Part shown: positions 8,536-18,132 of the stretch, one piece after another
Layout of the letters: each line of letters begins with the position of its first letter
Position numbering within the stretch: position 1 is the stretch's first letter
IMG/VR virus record: IMGVR_UViG_3300032226_000829
Origin: a virus
Lineage: Duplodnaviria > Caudoviricetes
DNA: 64,000 nt
Strand: one strand, 5' to 3'
The notes under the pieces: generated by a model
The model's database searches: none
Seen by the model: the letters and a program-made list of their open reading frames with translations, nothing else
Told to the model about the DNA's origin: nothing
Translations under genes and position numbers: made by a program

Positions 8536-9225
8536 TTATTTGTACAGTGCTATGGCAGCATCTATAAAATCCTTAGGGTAATTGTTTCTAAAACTTTCCA
8601 AACACAATATCTGCAAGCTGGCAAAGTCTGTGGGAGTGTGCATGTCAATATTTAGTTCATGCATTTTGGGCAGCAAAACTGTTCTCCTGTCTTGGGATAT
8701 GTGACTGAAATGATCCTGCACAGTGATAAGTGGTTCGCTTTTGTGATAACAAAAGAAATAGTTAACACTTTTTAATTTGCCTTCCACCACAAAATAACTG
8801 CTGGGGTGTAAACTGTATTTGTATAATCCTAATGTTTTGTGTGCTTGCAAAATCTCCAACATCTGTTCACGCCAATTGGGCAGCACTGCATCCATGCCCA
8901 CTGTGTGACTCTGTTCCCAAAAATCCACGCCATCAACGCCAAAGATAATTTTTTTAGCGTCATAGTCCAGTTCTAATATGTCAGGAATGTGTTCTGGAAA
9001 ATTGTGATGCATCATCAGCAGCATGTCTACTTCTCTCTGCCATTTTTGTTCCATTAGTATGGGATCCATCACTTCGTTTTGATCTTTGTGATAAGCTGTG
9101 TCGTTATGAAACCATTGCACAAATTCTGTTTTATTTTGATTGATGAGGCTGGTGTACACAAGATTGTTCCTGCACAATCCTTTGCCTGGCACATTGTTGT
9201 AATAGTATACGTAGTCAGTTACCAT
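8536..9225 (-). CDS. degenerate protein-kinase-like/phosphotransferase-like protein, paralog of 17497..18132
   Basis: Similar N-terminus and (Y)K-S-L-H/Y-P-x-x-F/Y segment in both paralogs; the fold call is inference. Confidence 0.45.
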   Translation of the reverse strand: MVTDYVYYYNNVPGKGLCRNNLVYTSLINQNKTEFVQWFHNDTAYHKDQNEVMDPILMEQKWQREVDMLLMMHHNFPEHIPDILELDYDAKKIIFGVDGVDFWEQSHTVGMDAVLPNWREQMLEILQAHKTLGLYKYSLHPSSYFVVEGKLKSVNYFFCYHKSEPLITVQDHFSHISQDRRTVLLPKMHELNIDMHTPTDFASLQILCLESFRNNYPKDFIDAAIALYK

Positions 9226-9773
9226 CTAGGATATCTTTCCAATTGTTTGTAAAATTCTTGAACATTTAATTGCCATACAGTTTGATTTGTGCCTCTGTAT
9301 TTTATTTGATCGATTTTTTTCAAACATTTAGATTCTGCTAACATGGGTGCCCAAATATTATGCACTAGACGTTGAGTGCCTTCACTATTTTCATTGGTGG
9401 TCACATAAAGATTATTTTGCGATCCAGCCCATTCAACACAAGTGGGAATAAAAAATTGTGGAGTGACGCTTTGATGCGTGAGTATGCCTGTTTTGGTTCT
9501 TAATCTTGAGATAGGCAATTGATCCGTGAACACACAAGTTCTACACAATATTCTAAAACTATTTTCACCCATTTCAGGAAAAGAATGAGCGCCAGTAGAC
9601 CCCACTATTTTATTGTTGTATTTAAGCAACCAAATTTTCCATTTTTTTTCTGTGGAGATGCTGTCCACCAACATTTTTTTATTACTGTTGTTTTTGAATC
9701 CTTTGGATTCTGCTTGAAGATAAAATTCTGTTAAATCAACCGATTCAGAATATGGTACCAATTTATAAGTCAT
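9219..9773 (-). CDS. GNAT-like acyltransferase
   Basis: Size 184 aa; WLLKYNNKIVGSTGAH strand pair, RILCRTCVF, LYVTTN pattern. Confidence 0.5.
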   Translation of the reverse strand: MTYKLVPYSESVDLTEFYLQAESKGFKNNSNKKMLVDSISTEKKWKIWLLKYNNKIVGSTGAHSFPEMGENSFRILCRTCVFTDQLPISRLRTKTGILTHQSVTPQFFIPTCVEWAGSQNNLYVTTNENSEGTQRLVHNIWAPMLAESKCLKKIDQIKYRGTNQTVWQLNVQEFYKQLERYPRW

Positions 9774-9791
9774 AAATTATTTTGCTCTCAA

Positions 9792-9807
9792 TATTTAACA
9801 CTAAATA
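9792..9807. promoter_or_regulatory. back-to-back late-promoter cores (TAAATA on - at 9792-9797, on + at 9802-9807)
   Basis: Both lie in the 39-nt gap between divergent genes 9773(-) and 9813(+). Confidence 0.6.
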
Positions 9808-9812
9808 TTTGG

Positions 9813-10619
9813 ATGATAAGAGGAATTGGTGGCCGACCATATATTGATTTAACTCCACATTTGGATATAGAAGGTTTTAGGAAATTACATCCTGAAATTT
9901 GTCGAGGATTTGCTTTGGCTAGAGAATATGCCAAAGAAGGCACATGGATGTCGCCAGGATTTAATCTACAAGACATGAGTTATCAATTGAATTGGAAACC
10001 AATTTATATGGCTGTGAAAGAATATCTTGCACTGCCCACAGATCACCCTATTAGAAAAAACGGTGATGATTTGTATGCCAATATCAAAGATTACCGCACA
10101 AGAAATCAATTCACACGCTACCTCAAAGCAGTGTTGGGTGCCAAAGATCCATACATCTATTATTTTTTATGGAATGAAGGCGATTGGGATAATAGAAATT
10201 CTGAAAGACATCTCACAGAAGAAAGCAAACATTTTCCTGGATTGGTCACATGGGTTAAAAATCTTGTGGATCAAAACATTATCAGTCAAATAGGCAGAGT
10301 GATATTTTTTCACTGTGAACATGATGGACAACCATTTGAACACAGAGATCTAGATGGCAAACTGGGTGATCAACAAGGGTACAGTGATCATCGCAATGAG
10401 TTCATACACATACGTTATAACACCAAAAGAGGATTTTATATCTGGGATCCTGAAACAAAAAACAAAACCTACATCAATGCCAATGCAGCTTTCTGGAACG
10501 ATCAAGACTGGCATGGTGGAGAAATCAATCGTGAACAAGAGTATGGATTGAGAATTGACTGTGTGTTCACCGATGCATTTAGAAAAAAATTAGGCATCGA
10601 TCATTTAAAAAATTATTAA
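9813..10619 (+). CDS. Fe(II)/2OG-oxygenase-like (double-stranded beta-helix) protein, paralog of 16199..16954
   Basis: HRD ... WNDQDWHGG ... LRID putative HxD...H...R set. Confidence 0.55.
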   Translation: MIRGIGGRPYIDLTPHLDIEGFRKLHPEICRGFALAREYAKEGTWMSPGFNLQDMSYQLNWKPIYMAVKEYLALPTDHPIRKNGDDLYANIKDYRTRNQFTRYLKAVLGAKDPYIYYFLWNEGDWDNRNSERHLTEESKHFPGLVTWVKNLVDQNIISQIGRVIFFHCEHDGQPFEHRDLDGKLGDQQGYSDHRNEFIHIRYNTKRGFYIWDPETKNKTYINANAAFWNDQDWHGGEINREQEYGLRIDCVFTDAFRKKLGIDHLKNY

Positions 10620-10620
10620 T

Positions 10621-11214
10621 ATGAATCATTATCACAGATATCTAAAACTGCCTTTTGAGTATGCCAAACCTGATTTTTTTACTGGTAGTTATGATGATCC
10701 TCAATCTTTTTATTATTCAAAAGAAAAAGTTGATGATACTATTATAAAATGGATTGAGTCTTTTGATTTAAAAATTTTAAATTTAGTTGACGGTTTATAT
10801 ACGCCGCCCAAAGGTGGAAAATTAGCCATACATAGTGACACTAAAACAATCTGCAATGCTGTAAAAATTAATTTTACTTGGGGGCCAGACAACAGTGTTA
10901 CTAGATGGTGGCAAGTCAAAGACGAATCTTTTTTAACTTTAAATAGATCTAATAACGAAGAAAAAGCCACAGGTATTGTTTCAGATGTTGATATATCTTA
11001 TGCGTTATTTGCCAAAGAAGAAAATTGCAAACTTTTACATGAGCAAGTGATCAATAGACCCAGTTTGATGAACATAGGACAACTGCATAGCACATATAAT
11101 CCTCATCCAGAACAGGATCGTTGGACATTGTGTTTTACCTTGTTAAAACCTAACAAAGAATTTTTACAATTTGAAGAAGCGTTAAAAATATTCAAGGATT
11201 TTGTTTATGAATAA
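10621..11214 (+). CDS. Fe(II)/2OG-oxygenase-like protein, tandem copy 1
   Basis: LAIHSD, LHSTYN, DRWTL. Confidence 0.55.
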   Translation: MNHYHRYLKLPFEYAKPDFFTGSYDDPQSFYYSKEKVDDTIIKWIESFDLKILNLVDGLYTPPKGGKLAIHSDTKTICNAVKINFTWGPDNSVTRWWQVKDESFLTLNRSNNEEKATGIVSDVDISYALFAKEENCKLLHEQVINRPSLMNIGQLHSTYNPHPEQDRWTLCFTLLKPNKEFLQFEEALKIFKDFVYE

Positions 11215-11682
11215 AAATAATTATCACAGATATTTAAAATTACCATTTGAATATTTAAAACCAAGGTGTTTTAATAAAAGTTATGATCATCCTAATATGA
11301 TATATGTTTTGCCACAATCAATTGACCAAAGTGTGATCAAATGGATTGAGTCCTTCGATTTAAAAGTATCCAATCTTATTGAAGGATTTTATACTCCCAC
11401 AAATGGTGGAAAGATACCCCTGCACAATGACACCTCGACTATAAGCAATGCTGTAAAAATTAATTTTACTTGGGGTCCTGACAACAGTGTGACTAGATGG
11501 TGGCATGTGAAACAACCAGAATATTTAAAACCGGTCAAACCAGACAATAGTCATATATCAACTGCGGGTGTGGTGCCCGATATAGTGGTCACAGATGCCT
11601 ACTCAGCACGTGAAGAAGATTGTGATTTGGTGCATGAGCAAGTGATCAATAGACCCAGTTTGATGAACATAGGACAACTGCA
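11038..11682 (+). repeat. direct repeat: 50 nt identical at 11038-11087 and 11633-11682 (a second block of 61 nt with 3 mismatches at 10853-10913 and 11445-11505)
   Basis: catgagcaagtgatcaatagacccagtttgatgaacataggacaactgca read at both sites. Confidence 0.85.
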
Positions 11683-11809
11683 CAGCACATTCAATCCCAA
11701 CATGACTGAAGATCGTTGGACACTGTGTTTTACTCTGTTAAAATTAGATAACACACATCTACAATTTGAAGAAGCTGTGCAAATATTCAAAGATTATATA
11801 CATGAATAG
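11201..11809 (+). CDS. Fe(II)/2OG-oxygenase-like protein, tandem copy 2
   Basis: IPLHND, LHSTFN, DRWTL; near-identical blocks with 10621..11214. Confidence 0.55.
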   Translation: MFMNKNNYHRYLKLPFEYLKPRCFNKSYDHPNMIYVLPQSIDQSVIKWIESFDLKVSNLIEGFYTPTNGGKIPLHNDTSTISNAVKINFTWGPDNSVTRWWHVKQPEYLKPVKPDNSHISTAGVVPDIVVTDAYSAREEDCDLVHEQVINRPSLMNIGQLHSTFNPNMTEDRWTLCFTLLKLDNTHLQFEEAVQIFKDYIHE

Positions 11810-12338
11810 AACAGTGCGTATTACCTGCCCCAAAGAATTTAATAAAAAATATATGTCTCGTCAACATGACAATTATATCAACAAGTTGGATGTGTATCAC
11901 AATGCACAAAAAATATTTGCCAACATTGATGATGCAGAGGAGAATCTTCCTATAATATTAGAAAAATCCATTGTGTTCGATAATATCAACGTTTTTGAAT
12001 TCAATTATGATATTAAATTTCACTCAGTGGAAGAGCAGGCCAAAATTATATGGAGTCTTAAACCAATAAATTATCTATATCAAAGTCATGTGCAGTTGAT
12101 CAGACTCAACAGTGTGCAAGGCAGTGAGCATGTGTCAGATGACTATTGTATCACAGTGAAGTGTAATCAACACACTCACTCAGTGGGCAAGGAATATCAT
12201 CAAGGACAACATCAAAACATAAATTTTGAGGATCTCATAGATGCCAATGGTTATTGTTGTTTCAGTGTGCAAACCAAAAAAGTTTTTGATAACACTCCAT
12301 CCATCACATACGATCAATTACAATTTGAAATACTATAA
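11802..12338 (+). CDS. hypothetical protein
   Basis: ORF track 11766..12338; ATG 11802 overlaps the upstream stop. Confidence 0.65.
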   Translation: MNRTVRITCPKEFNKKYMSRQHDNYINKLDVYHNAQKIFANIDDAEENLPIILEKSIVFDNINVFEFNYDIKFHSVEEQAKIIWSLKPINYLYQSHVQLIRLNSVQGSEHVSDDYCITVKCNQHTHSVGKEYHQGQHQNINFEDLIDANGYCCFSVQTKKVFDNTPSITYDQLQFEIL

Positions 12339-12346
12339 TTACTGCT

Positions 12347-13462
12347 ATGACTCTCAAAGGACTTATACCTGGCAGACAGCAGCCCACACATCCAGCAGAC
12401 AAACATTGGCAATTTGGTACTGTTATGAATGGCGTTAAAAAGGTTGATCCTTTGTTGCATTATAGTTGCTTTACTTTGGGTTTCGATAGAACAGACATCA
12501 TTGAATATGTGTGTGATGCTATGAAAAATATCAAACCAGAAATAGCAGAATCTATTGTGCATGCTGAAGATTTAAAGTTAAACCATGCAAGTTATGAACT
12601 CAGCAATAAGTTGTTTGAGATGAGTGGAGGATATAGAAGCTTTTTCGCATTGTCAGGCAGTGATGCCAACGAAGGAGCGATAAAGTTATCTTCTGCCTAT
12701 CATCATGTGAAGAAAAACAATAACAAAAAACAAGTGATAAGTTTTGAGGGCAGTTATCACGGCAGCACTTTCCTTAACAATAATCTTGGAGATCTGCTGA
12801 TGGTTAATCCCATGTATACTATGGATAGGTATCATGGTGCAACAAAACTTGCCAGAGATTTTGAAATAGATCAAGTGGATTGGACCAAAGTGATGAGTGT
12901 GATAGTAGAACCATGTTCATACGGTGGGGACATGACTCCAAACTCAAATGAGTTTTGGCAAAAACTAAAACATGTTCAACAAACATTTGATGTGTTGATC
13001 ATTATGGATGATATTTTTATAGGGGGAGGCAAAACTGGTAATTATTTTGGATGGAAACACTTGCCCATACAACCTGATATCTGCACCATGGGCAAAGCCA
13101 TCACAGGTGGTTATTTTCCTTTGAGTATTACCATGTACAATGAAAAAATACATCAAACACTGCCCACAAACTTTGATTGGGATCATGGATACACTTACAA
13201 TTTTTCTTTGTCAGGCATCAACAGTGCTTTGAAATATATGGACATACTGGAAAAAGAACAGGTATTGAACAACCATCAAACAATTCAAAACACTGCTGTT
13301 AAAACTATTCAAAGCACAGGTTTTGAAATACTGAATCGTTTTGGTTGCCTCTATATGATACGCAAAGGCAATTATAAAAATTTATATATTGTGCCTTTGA
13401 ATGCTACTGAAGAATATTTTACTGTGCTTAAACAAAATTTAGAATCATATGAAAATAATTGA
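12347..13462 (+). CDS. class III PLP-dependent aminotransferase (BioA/ArgD-like fold)
   Basis: SGSDANEGAIK, FEGSYHGST, DDIFIGGGKTG, PDICTMGKAITGGYFPLS (PLP lysine), HGYTY. Confidence 0.88.
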   Translation: MTLKGLIPGRQQPTHPADKHWQFGTVMNGVKKVDPLLHYSCFTLGFDRTDIIEYVCDAMKNIKPEIAESIVHAEDLKLNHASYELSNKLFEMSGGYRSFFALSGSDANEGAIKLSSAYHHVKKNNNKKQVISFEGSYHGSTFLNNNLGDLLMVNPMYTMDRYHGATKLARDFEIDQVDWTKVMSVIVEPCSYGGDMTPNSNEFWQKLKHVQQTFDVLIIMDDIFIGGGKTGNYFGWKHLPIQPDICTMGKAITGGYFPLSITMYNEKIHQTLPTNFDWDHGYTYNFSLSGINSALKYMDILEKEQVLNNHQTIQNTAVKTIQSTGFEILNRFGCLYMIRKGNYKNLYIVPLNATEEYFTVLKQNLESYENN

Positions 13463-14003
13463 TAATTTTTTTGACTCTGCAACGCTATCAGAACTAAAAA
13501 AAGCCATTCAAAACGAAATAGCTAACGAAATCAGTGCTATTAAAAAATCCGACCTGAGCACAGAAAAAGACCATGTGGGATTAGAAAACAGCAATTATTA
13601 TTTTTTAAATGGTCCTGCTAAAATTATTGTATTAAAAAATTTAGTGGCAAATAAGTTGTTGTCTGCTGAAGTGATGGATGATAACGACAGTATGCTACGC
13701 TATCATGTCAATAGAGCTCCCTACAATGCTAGATGGCATTTGGATGGATTATATGCTAAAAAAGATGAATTGGACTACATAGGCATAACAATTTTCTTAA
13801 ATGATGTTTGGCAAACAAATGACGGAGGATTATTTGTTTACAAAGAAAATAAAAATGATACACAGGGCAAGTTTGTTGAACCTATAGGTAATAGAGTTAT
13901 AATTAATTCCAAAGATCTTGATCACGCAGTTACAGCAATAACCAACCAAGAAGTGGTTCGATATTCTTTACAGATGTTTATTAATCACAAATACTTAATA
14001 TGA
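13449..14003 (+). CDS. 2OG-Fe(II) oxygenase, prolyl-4-hydroxylase-like
   Basis: WHLD, ITIFLN, GGLF, HAVT, RYS motifs. Confidence 0.82.
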   Translation: MKIIDNFFDSATLSELKKAIQNEIANEISAIKKSDLSTEKDHVGLENSNYYFLNGPAKIIVLKNLVANKLLSAEVMDDNDSMLRYHVNRAPYNARWHLDGLYAKKDELDYIGITIFLNDVWQTNDGGLFVYKENKNDTQGKFVEPIGNRVIINSKDLDHAVTAITNQEVVRYSLQMFINHKYLI

Positions 14004-15073
14004 TACACACAGAATTTGATCCATTACAAGAAGTAATTGTGGGAGATTGCTATGCTCCTGGAGATATGGATCATTTTTTACCCAAAGAAAGCATATCAAG
14101 TTTCAATAGAATACTGGAAGAAACCAAACAAGACCTTAACAATCTTGCAGATTTTATAAAAAACTCTAACATTAAAGTGCATAGACCAGAAGTATTAAAA
14201 TACACAAAATCTATAGAGATGCCTAATTTTAAAGTGAATTTTCCCATGTGTCCCATGGTGCCTAGAGATCAATATCTAATTTTAGATAGACAAATTATAC
14301 AAACTTATACCAGCTACACAGATAGATATTTTGATTCGTTGAGTTATGCGAAAATTTTTAATGAATTATTCAAAGAAGGATACAATTGGATTTCACAACC
14401 TCTGCCCAAACTAATCAACACTCAGATAGATGAAAGTTGGTACATATCTGACTCTATCTATCAAGAAAAATTATCAGATCAATTGCTATGGCACACAGCT
14501 ACCATATTCAAAGCAGGAGATTCTTTGCTGTATAACAGTAGAGGTCCTGGTTCTACTTTTGGTTTGGAATGGTTCAAACGTAATTGTAAGGATTATACAC
14601 TGATTGAAAACACTGGTGATACTGTGTTTAAAAACTATGGACATATTGATCATGGATTTTTATTAATAGACGATGACACAGTAATACATGCTGGCATAGA
14701 ATGGGTGCCTTTGGCATTAAGAAATAAAAAATTAATAGATGTTAAAAATTATGTTGGCAAGGTTGTGATAGACAACTACATTAAAGACTACACTGCCACA
14801 GATGGCAGATATTCCAATGCTTGGCTGGAACAATATCTGGCTAATTGGAGAGGATACACACAAGAAGTTTGTTTTGATTTAAACGTATTAATTTTAGATT
14901 CAAAAAACATATTGTTTGGCAAACATTTACCTGAACTATTTCAATATTTAAAGACTTTTAACATCAATTGTCATGTGGTGCCACAACGTCACGAAGTATA
15001 TTGGGAAGGTGGAACTCATTGCTGCACACTAGATGTTAAAAGAAAAGGTTCAAAAAGAAAGATAATAAATTAA
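14000..15073 (+). CDS. amidinotransferase (AGAT/StrB1 family)
   Basis: HTEFDPLQEVIVG, PRD, GHID, GGTHCCTLD with the catalytic Cys. Confidence 0.88.
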   Translation: MIHTEFDPLQEVIVGDCYAPGDMDHFLPKESISSFNRILEETKQDLNNLADFIKNSNIKVHRPEVLKYTKSIEMPNFKVNFPMCPMVPRDQYLILDRQIIQTYTSYTDRYFDSLSYAKIFNELFKEGYNWISQPLPKLINTQIDESWYISDSIYQEKLSDQLLWHTATIFKAGDSLLYNSRGPGSTFGLEWFKRNCKDYTLIENTGDTVFKNYGHIDHGFLLIDDDTVIHAGIEWVPLALRNKKLIDVKNYVGKVVIDNYIKDYTATDGRYSNAWLEQYLANWRGYTQEVCFDLNVLILDSKNILFGKHLPELFQYLKTFNINCHVVPQRHEVYWEGGTHCCTLDVKRKGSKRKIIN

Positions 15074-15624
15074 ATTTTTCTTACATCAATAGTGCTGACG
15101 TACAAAGGCTCATTCAATACAGTATTAAAAATACGAATGATATCTTGAGTATCACAGAAGGGTTCACTCTGTCTAACTCCGGTTTTTTCACCATAATTTA
15201 AAATTCGTATCAGCACACTTTGAGGTTGAGCACCAAATGGTGTTTTAACACTTAAAAACCTATGCACATTTTCCAAATGAGTTTTTTGTTTAATATAATT
15301 TAAATCAGCGCCCACTTGTTTTAAAATATCTTCTGATAACTCAGTACCCAATGTACCAAAAGTTATTATTTTGCCTGTTTTATTTGTTTCACTCCATTTT
15401 TTATGAACCATCATCAACAGTTGAATCTGTGCATCACCCACGTGTGCTAGATTGACAAAATGGTCATAACTCGCACTTTGATCAACCACTCGTTGAATAT
15501 CTTCCAATTTGTTCAAATTGTATCCAGTGTTTCTAGATATGCCCACAACTTCATGATGATGTTTGAGATGTTCAAACAACACAGATCCTATGGGAGAAGT
15601 ATGTCCGGTCATTAATATTTTCAT
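15070..15624 (-). CDS. short-chain dehydrogenase/reductase-like Rossmann protein
   Basis: ILMTGHTSPIG, VVGISR, FVNLAH, IITFGT, YxxxK (YIKQK). Confidence 0.7.
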   Translation of the reverse strand: MKILMTGHTSPIGSVLFEHLKHHHEVVGISRNTGYNLNKLEDIQRVVDQSASYDHFVNLAHVGDAQIQLLMMVHKKWSETNKTGKIITFGTLGTELSEDILKQVGADLNYIKQKTHLENVHRFLSVKTPFGAQPQSVLIRILNYGEKTGVRQSEPFCDTQDIIRIFNTVLNEPLYVSTIDVRKI

Positions 15625-16202
15625 GATACTGTGAACCTCACTATCTGTATAAATCTACTGTCCATGCTGCTGCCATGTCCGTATTCTTCAATTTCAAACA
15701 TGATAGGATTGACTCCTTGCCAAAAAAATTCTTTTTCTGCACTCAAGGTGGTACCTGCTTGCACGTTTTGATTGTGTATCAGTGTTTCGCCATTCAGTTT
15801 AAAATGGAAGTATTCTTGACTGATACCAAATTTGTCATTGAAAGATTGCAATGATTGTGCATCACACAGTGATAAGTTATAGGTAAATTTACATGACCAC
15901 CAGTCTACATCTTTATAAATCAACTCAATTTGAGCTGTGAGTTCTATTTGTTTGTCATCATGCCAACTTTGTTTATTTTGTAGTACCAATGTGTTATTGT
16001 TTTTTTGTAAAACAATTTCAGCGCTTCTGCTTATGCTTTTTTTTTCAGCAGTTTCCTTGCTTAATTCTATGGTATCAAACAATACAGAGTTGTTCCATTG
16101 CAATATCAATTGATCCTGTAACTTGCCTTCAGCAACCAGTTCATTGGCTACATAAGAAGAACGCATCACTGGAAAATAATCAAACTGTAATTTTTTTTTC
16201 AT
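15621..16202 (-). CDS. hypothetical protein (193 aa)
   Basis: ORF track; 4-nt overlaps on both sides. Confidence 0.7.
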   Translation of the reverse strand: MKKKLQFDYFPVMRSSYVANELVAEGKLQDQLILQWNNSVLFDTIELSKETAEKKSISRSAEIVLQKNNNTLVLQNKQSWHDDKQIELTAQIELIYKDVDWWSCKFTYNLSLCDAQSLQSFNDKFGISQEYFHFKLNGETLIHNQNVQAGTTLSAEKEFFWQGVNPIMFEIEEYGHGSSMDSRFIQIVRFTVS

Positions 16203-16954
16203 TGTTTTAATTGAGCCATTAATTCTTTGTTAAAGATACCTTCTATCCTCATAGACCAACTCACGTTATTGGTATTTTCTACTCCGCCATGCCAATCATG
16301 ATTGTTCCAATAGAATGAGCTGCCAGGAGTCATGTGTATTTTTTCGTCTCCGTTTTCCACATACAAAGATCTAACATTCATGGGATCAAACCATATAAAA
16401 TGCTCTTCCTGTTCATAGGGTTCCATCTGTAAAAAACAATCTCTGTGTTTGGCAGTTTTTAATCCAGAATTTTTCAATAATAGTATGATTGGTCCCAATG
16501 GTTCAAATGGCAATTTTTTAGCCCAATCCACTAGTGATGGAAAATACTTGGATTCTTCTGTCCATCTACAGTCATATATTGGTTTTTTATTTGCATCATA
16601 AGGTAGATATGGAGCGTTAATACATCTATCAAATTCTCTTATCACAAGATAATTCAGCGCTTCGTACACAGGATACTGATACATTAACCAGTAATGAAAA
16701 CCCACCATGTCGGTTTTTTCCAACTCTGCACCGTACTGTTTTAGTTTAGGATCTGTTTCTTTATCACGCCAATAATTATAGGCTCCTTTAATATCATCCA
16801 CATATTCTTCATGATTTTCTATGCCGTAGTTCAATCTAATATGTGCGTGAGCTTTGCCTATGCCGTAGTGAACATCTTTTGTGATGTCTTTTAATTGTTG
16901 TATATTCACATAGGGATCCATACAGATGTATGGTTTGCCGTAAACACCTTTCAT
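16199..16954 (-). CDS. Fe(II)/2OG-oxygenase-like protein, paralog of 9813..10619
   Basis: MKGVYGKPYI vs MIRGIGGRPYI; HRD; WNNHDWHGG; MRIE. Confidence 0.55.
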   Translation of the reverse strand: MKGVYGKPYICMDPYVNIQQLKDITKDVHYGIGKAHAHIRLNYGIENHEEYVDDIKGAYNYWRDKETDPKLKQYGAELEKTDMVGFHYWLMYQYPVYEALNYLVIREFDRCINAPYLPYDANKKPIYDCRWTEESKYFPSLVDWAKKLPFEPLGPIILLLKNSGLKTAKHRDCFLQMEPYEQEEHFIWFDPMNVRSLYVENGDEKIHMTPGSSFYWNNHDWHGGVENTNNVSWSMRIEGIFNKELMAQLKQ

Positions 16955-16955
16955 A

Positions 16956-17504
16956 TTATCCCCATATGTTAAAAATATATTTGGGCACTAATCCTGCATT
17001 GGATCCTGCATGCCATGAAGTACGTTTGGGCCATTTCCAAGTGGCTCCTGTTTCTTGATTGTACAAACAATGATCTTCCACAATTAAAACATGTCCTGGT
17101 GCTGGTGGACTTATGTGGCAATGAAATCGAACTATTTCTTTTTTGTGTTCTAAAGTTTTTTCATCGTCGGTGATATCCCAATGCCAAGGTGCTACGTCAC
17201 CAGGTTTTACTCTGCTGATCCAAGCATTGATATAACTGCTCATTCCCACCCATTCACAAAACTTTTCCGCTATCTTTTTATCAAAATTTGTGCCTGGTAG
17301 GTACATGTCCCAACTGGCATTGCCGCCTTCGTGTTTCATCTTATATCCAGCTTCACGCAATGGTTTGGCCACTTCTTCCACACCGGGCACATGATGTCCC
17401 ACATCATGTCTTGGTCCTATGTAAGCACTCTGTTGATCTTCAATGCTTTTTATAATACTGTGCCAATCAATCAGATCTTTGCAGTTACCCACATATTCAA
17501 GCAT
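16956..17504 (-). CDS. aspartyl/asparaginyl beta-hydroxylase-like 2OG-Fe(II) oxygenase
   Basis: VKPGDVAPWHWD, RFHCHI, WHAGSN. Confidence 0.7.
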   Translation of the reverse strand: MLEYVGNCKDLIDWHSIIKSIEDQQSAYIGPRHDVGHHVPGVEEVAKPLREAGYKMKHEGGNASWDMYLPGTNFDKKIAEKFCEWVGMSSYINAWISRVKPGDVAPWHWDITDDEKTLEHKKEIVRFHCHISPPAPGHVLIVEDHCLYNQETGATWKWPKRTSWHAGSNAGLVPKYIFNIWG

Positions 17505-18132
17505 TTAAAAAATCTCCTGGCCAATTGCCATAATTCATTTCCACAGTTAATTCATACAATTTAAAAGTGTCATACAATTCACCCACAAGACTTTGAGCAA
17601 ATCTAGGATGAGTGGGATCAAATAATATGGATTTTAACAATTCCTTGGACACATATCTATCTTCGTCACAGGTACAACCGTAAAGATCCATTATGCGAAC
17701 TTTGTTTTTATCATCCAAATAAAATGTGTGTGGATACAGATTGGATTTGTGTATGTTCATTGACAATAAGTCTGACAAAATGTCTTTGACCTGTTGTTGC
17801 CAGTTGGGCACTGCGGATATTTCGCCTGTGTGTATGAGTTTGCTTAGACTACGATCATACCATTTGAACTCAATGGTTCTATTTCTGTGATCAATGTTTA
17901 AGATTTCAGGAGCATATGGTTTATTTTTTAATTTTTCTATATAATTGATTTCTCTAGAAAACCAATTTTGTCTAAAGTCATCTGTCATATTGGAATTAAC
18001 AAAATATTGATTGCTGTTAAAATTCATTTTAAATATATCTTTGTCAGGACTAATCAATGGTTCATACACCATGTTGGCAATGGCTAATGTGCCCAGTTCA
18101 TGTTTGTAAAAATTATTCCAATATTTCATCAT
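17497..18132 (-). CDS. protein-kinase-like/phosphotransferase-like protein
   Basis: FKM lysine, REINY, APEIL, HKSNLYPHTFY catalytic-loop-like segment, IMDLY (DFG-like). Confidence 0.55.
   Translation of the reverse strand: MMKYWNNFYKHELGTLAIANMVYEPLISPDKDIFKMNFNSNQYFVNSNMTDDFRQNWFSREINYIEKLKNKPYAPEILNIDHRNRTIEFKWYDRSLSKLIHTGEISAVPNWQQQVKDILSDLLSMNIHKSNLYPHTFYLDDKNKVRIMDLYGCTCDEDRYVSKELLKSILFDPTHPRFAQSLVGELYDTFKLYELTVEMNYGNWPGDFLNA

Noticed and set aside
12347-13462. bioA / biotin synthesis auxiliary gene
   Set aside because: Only the class III fold is supported; there are no other bio genes, and the neighbours point to a tailoring pathway.
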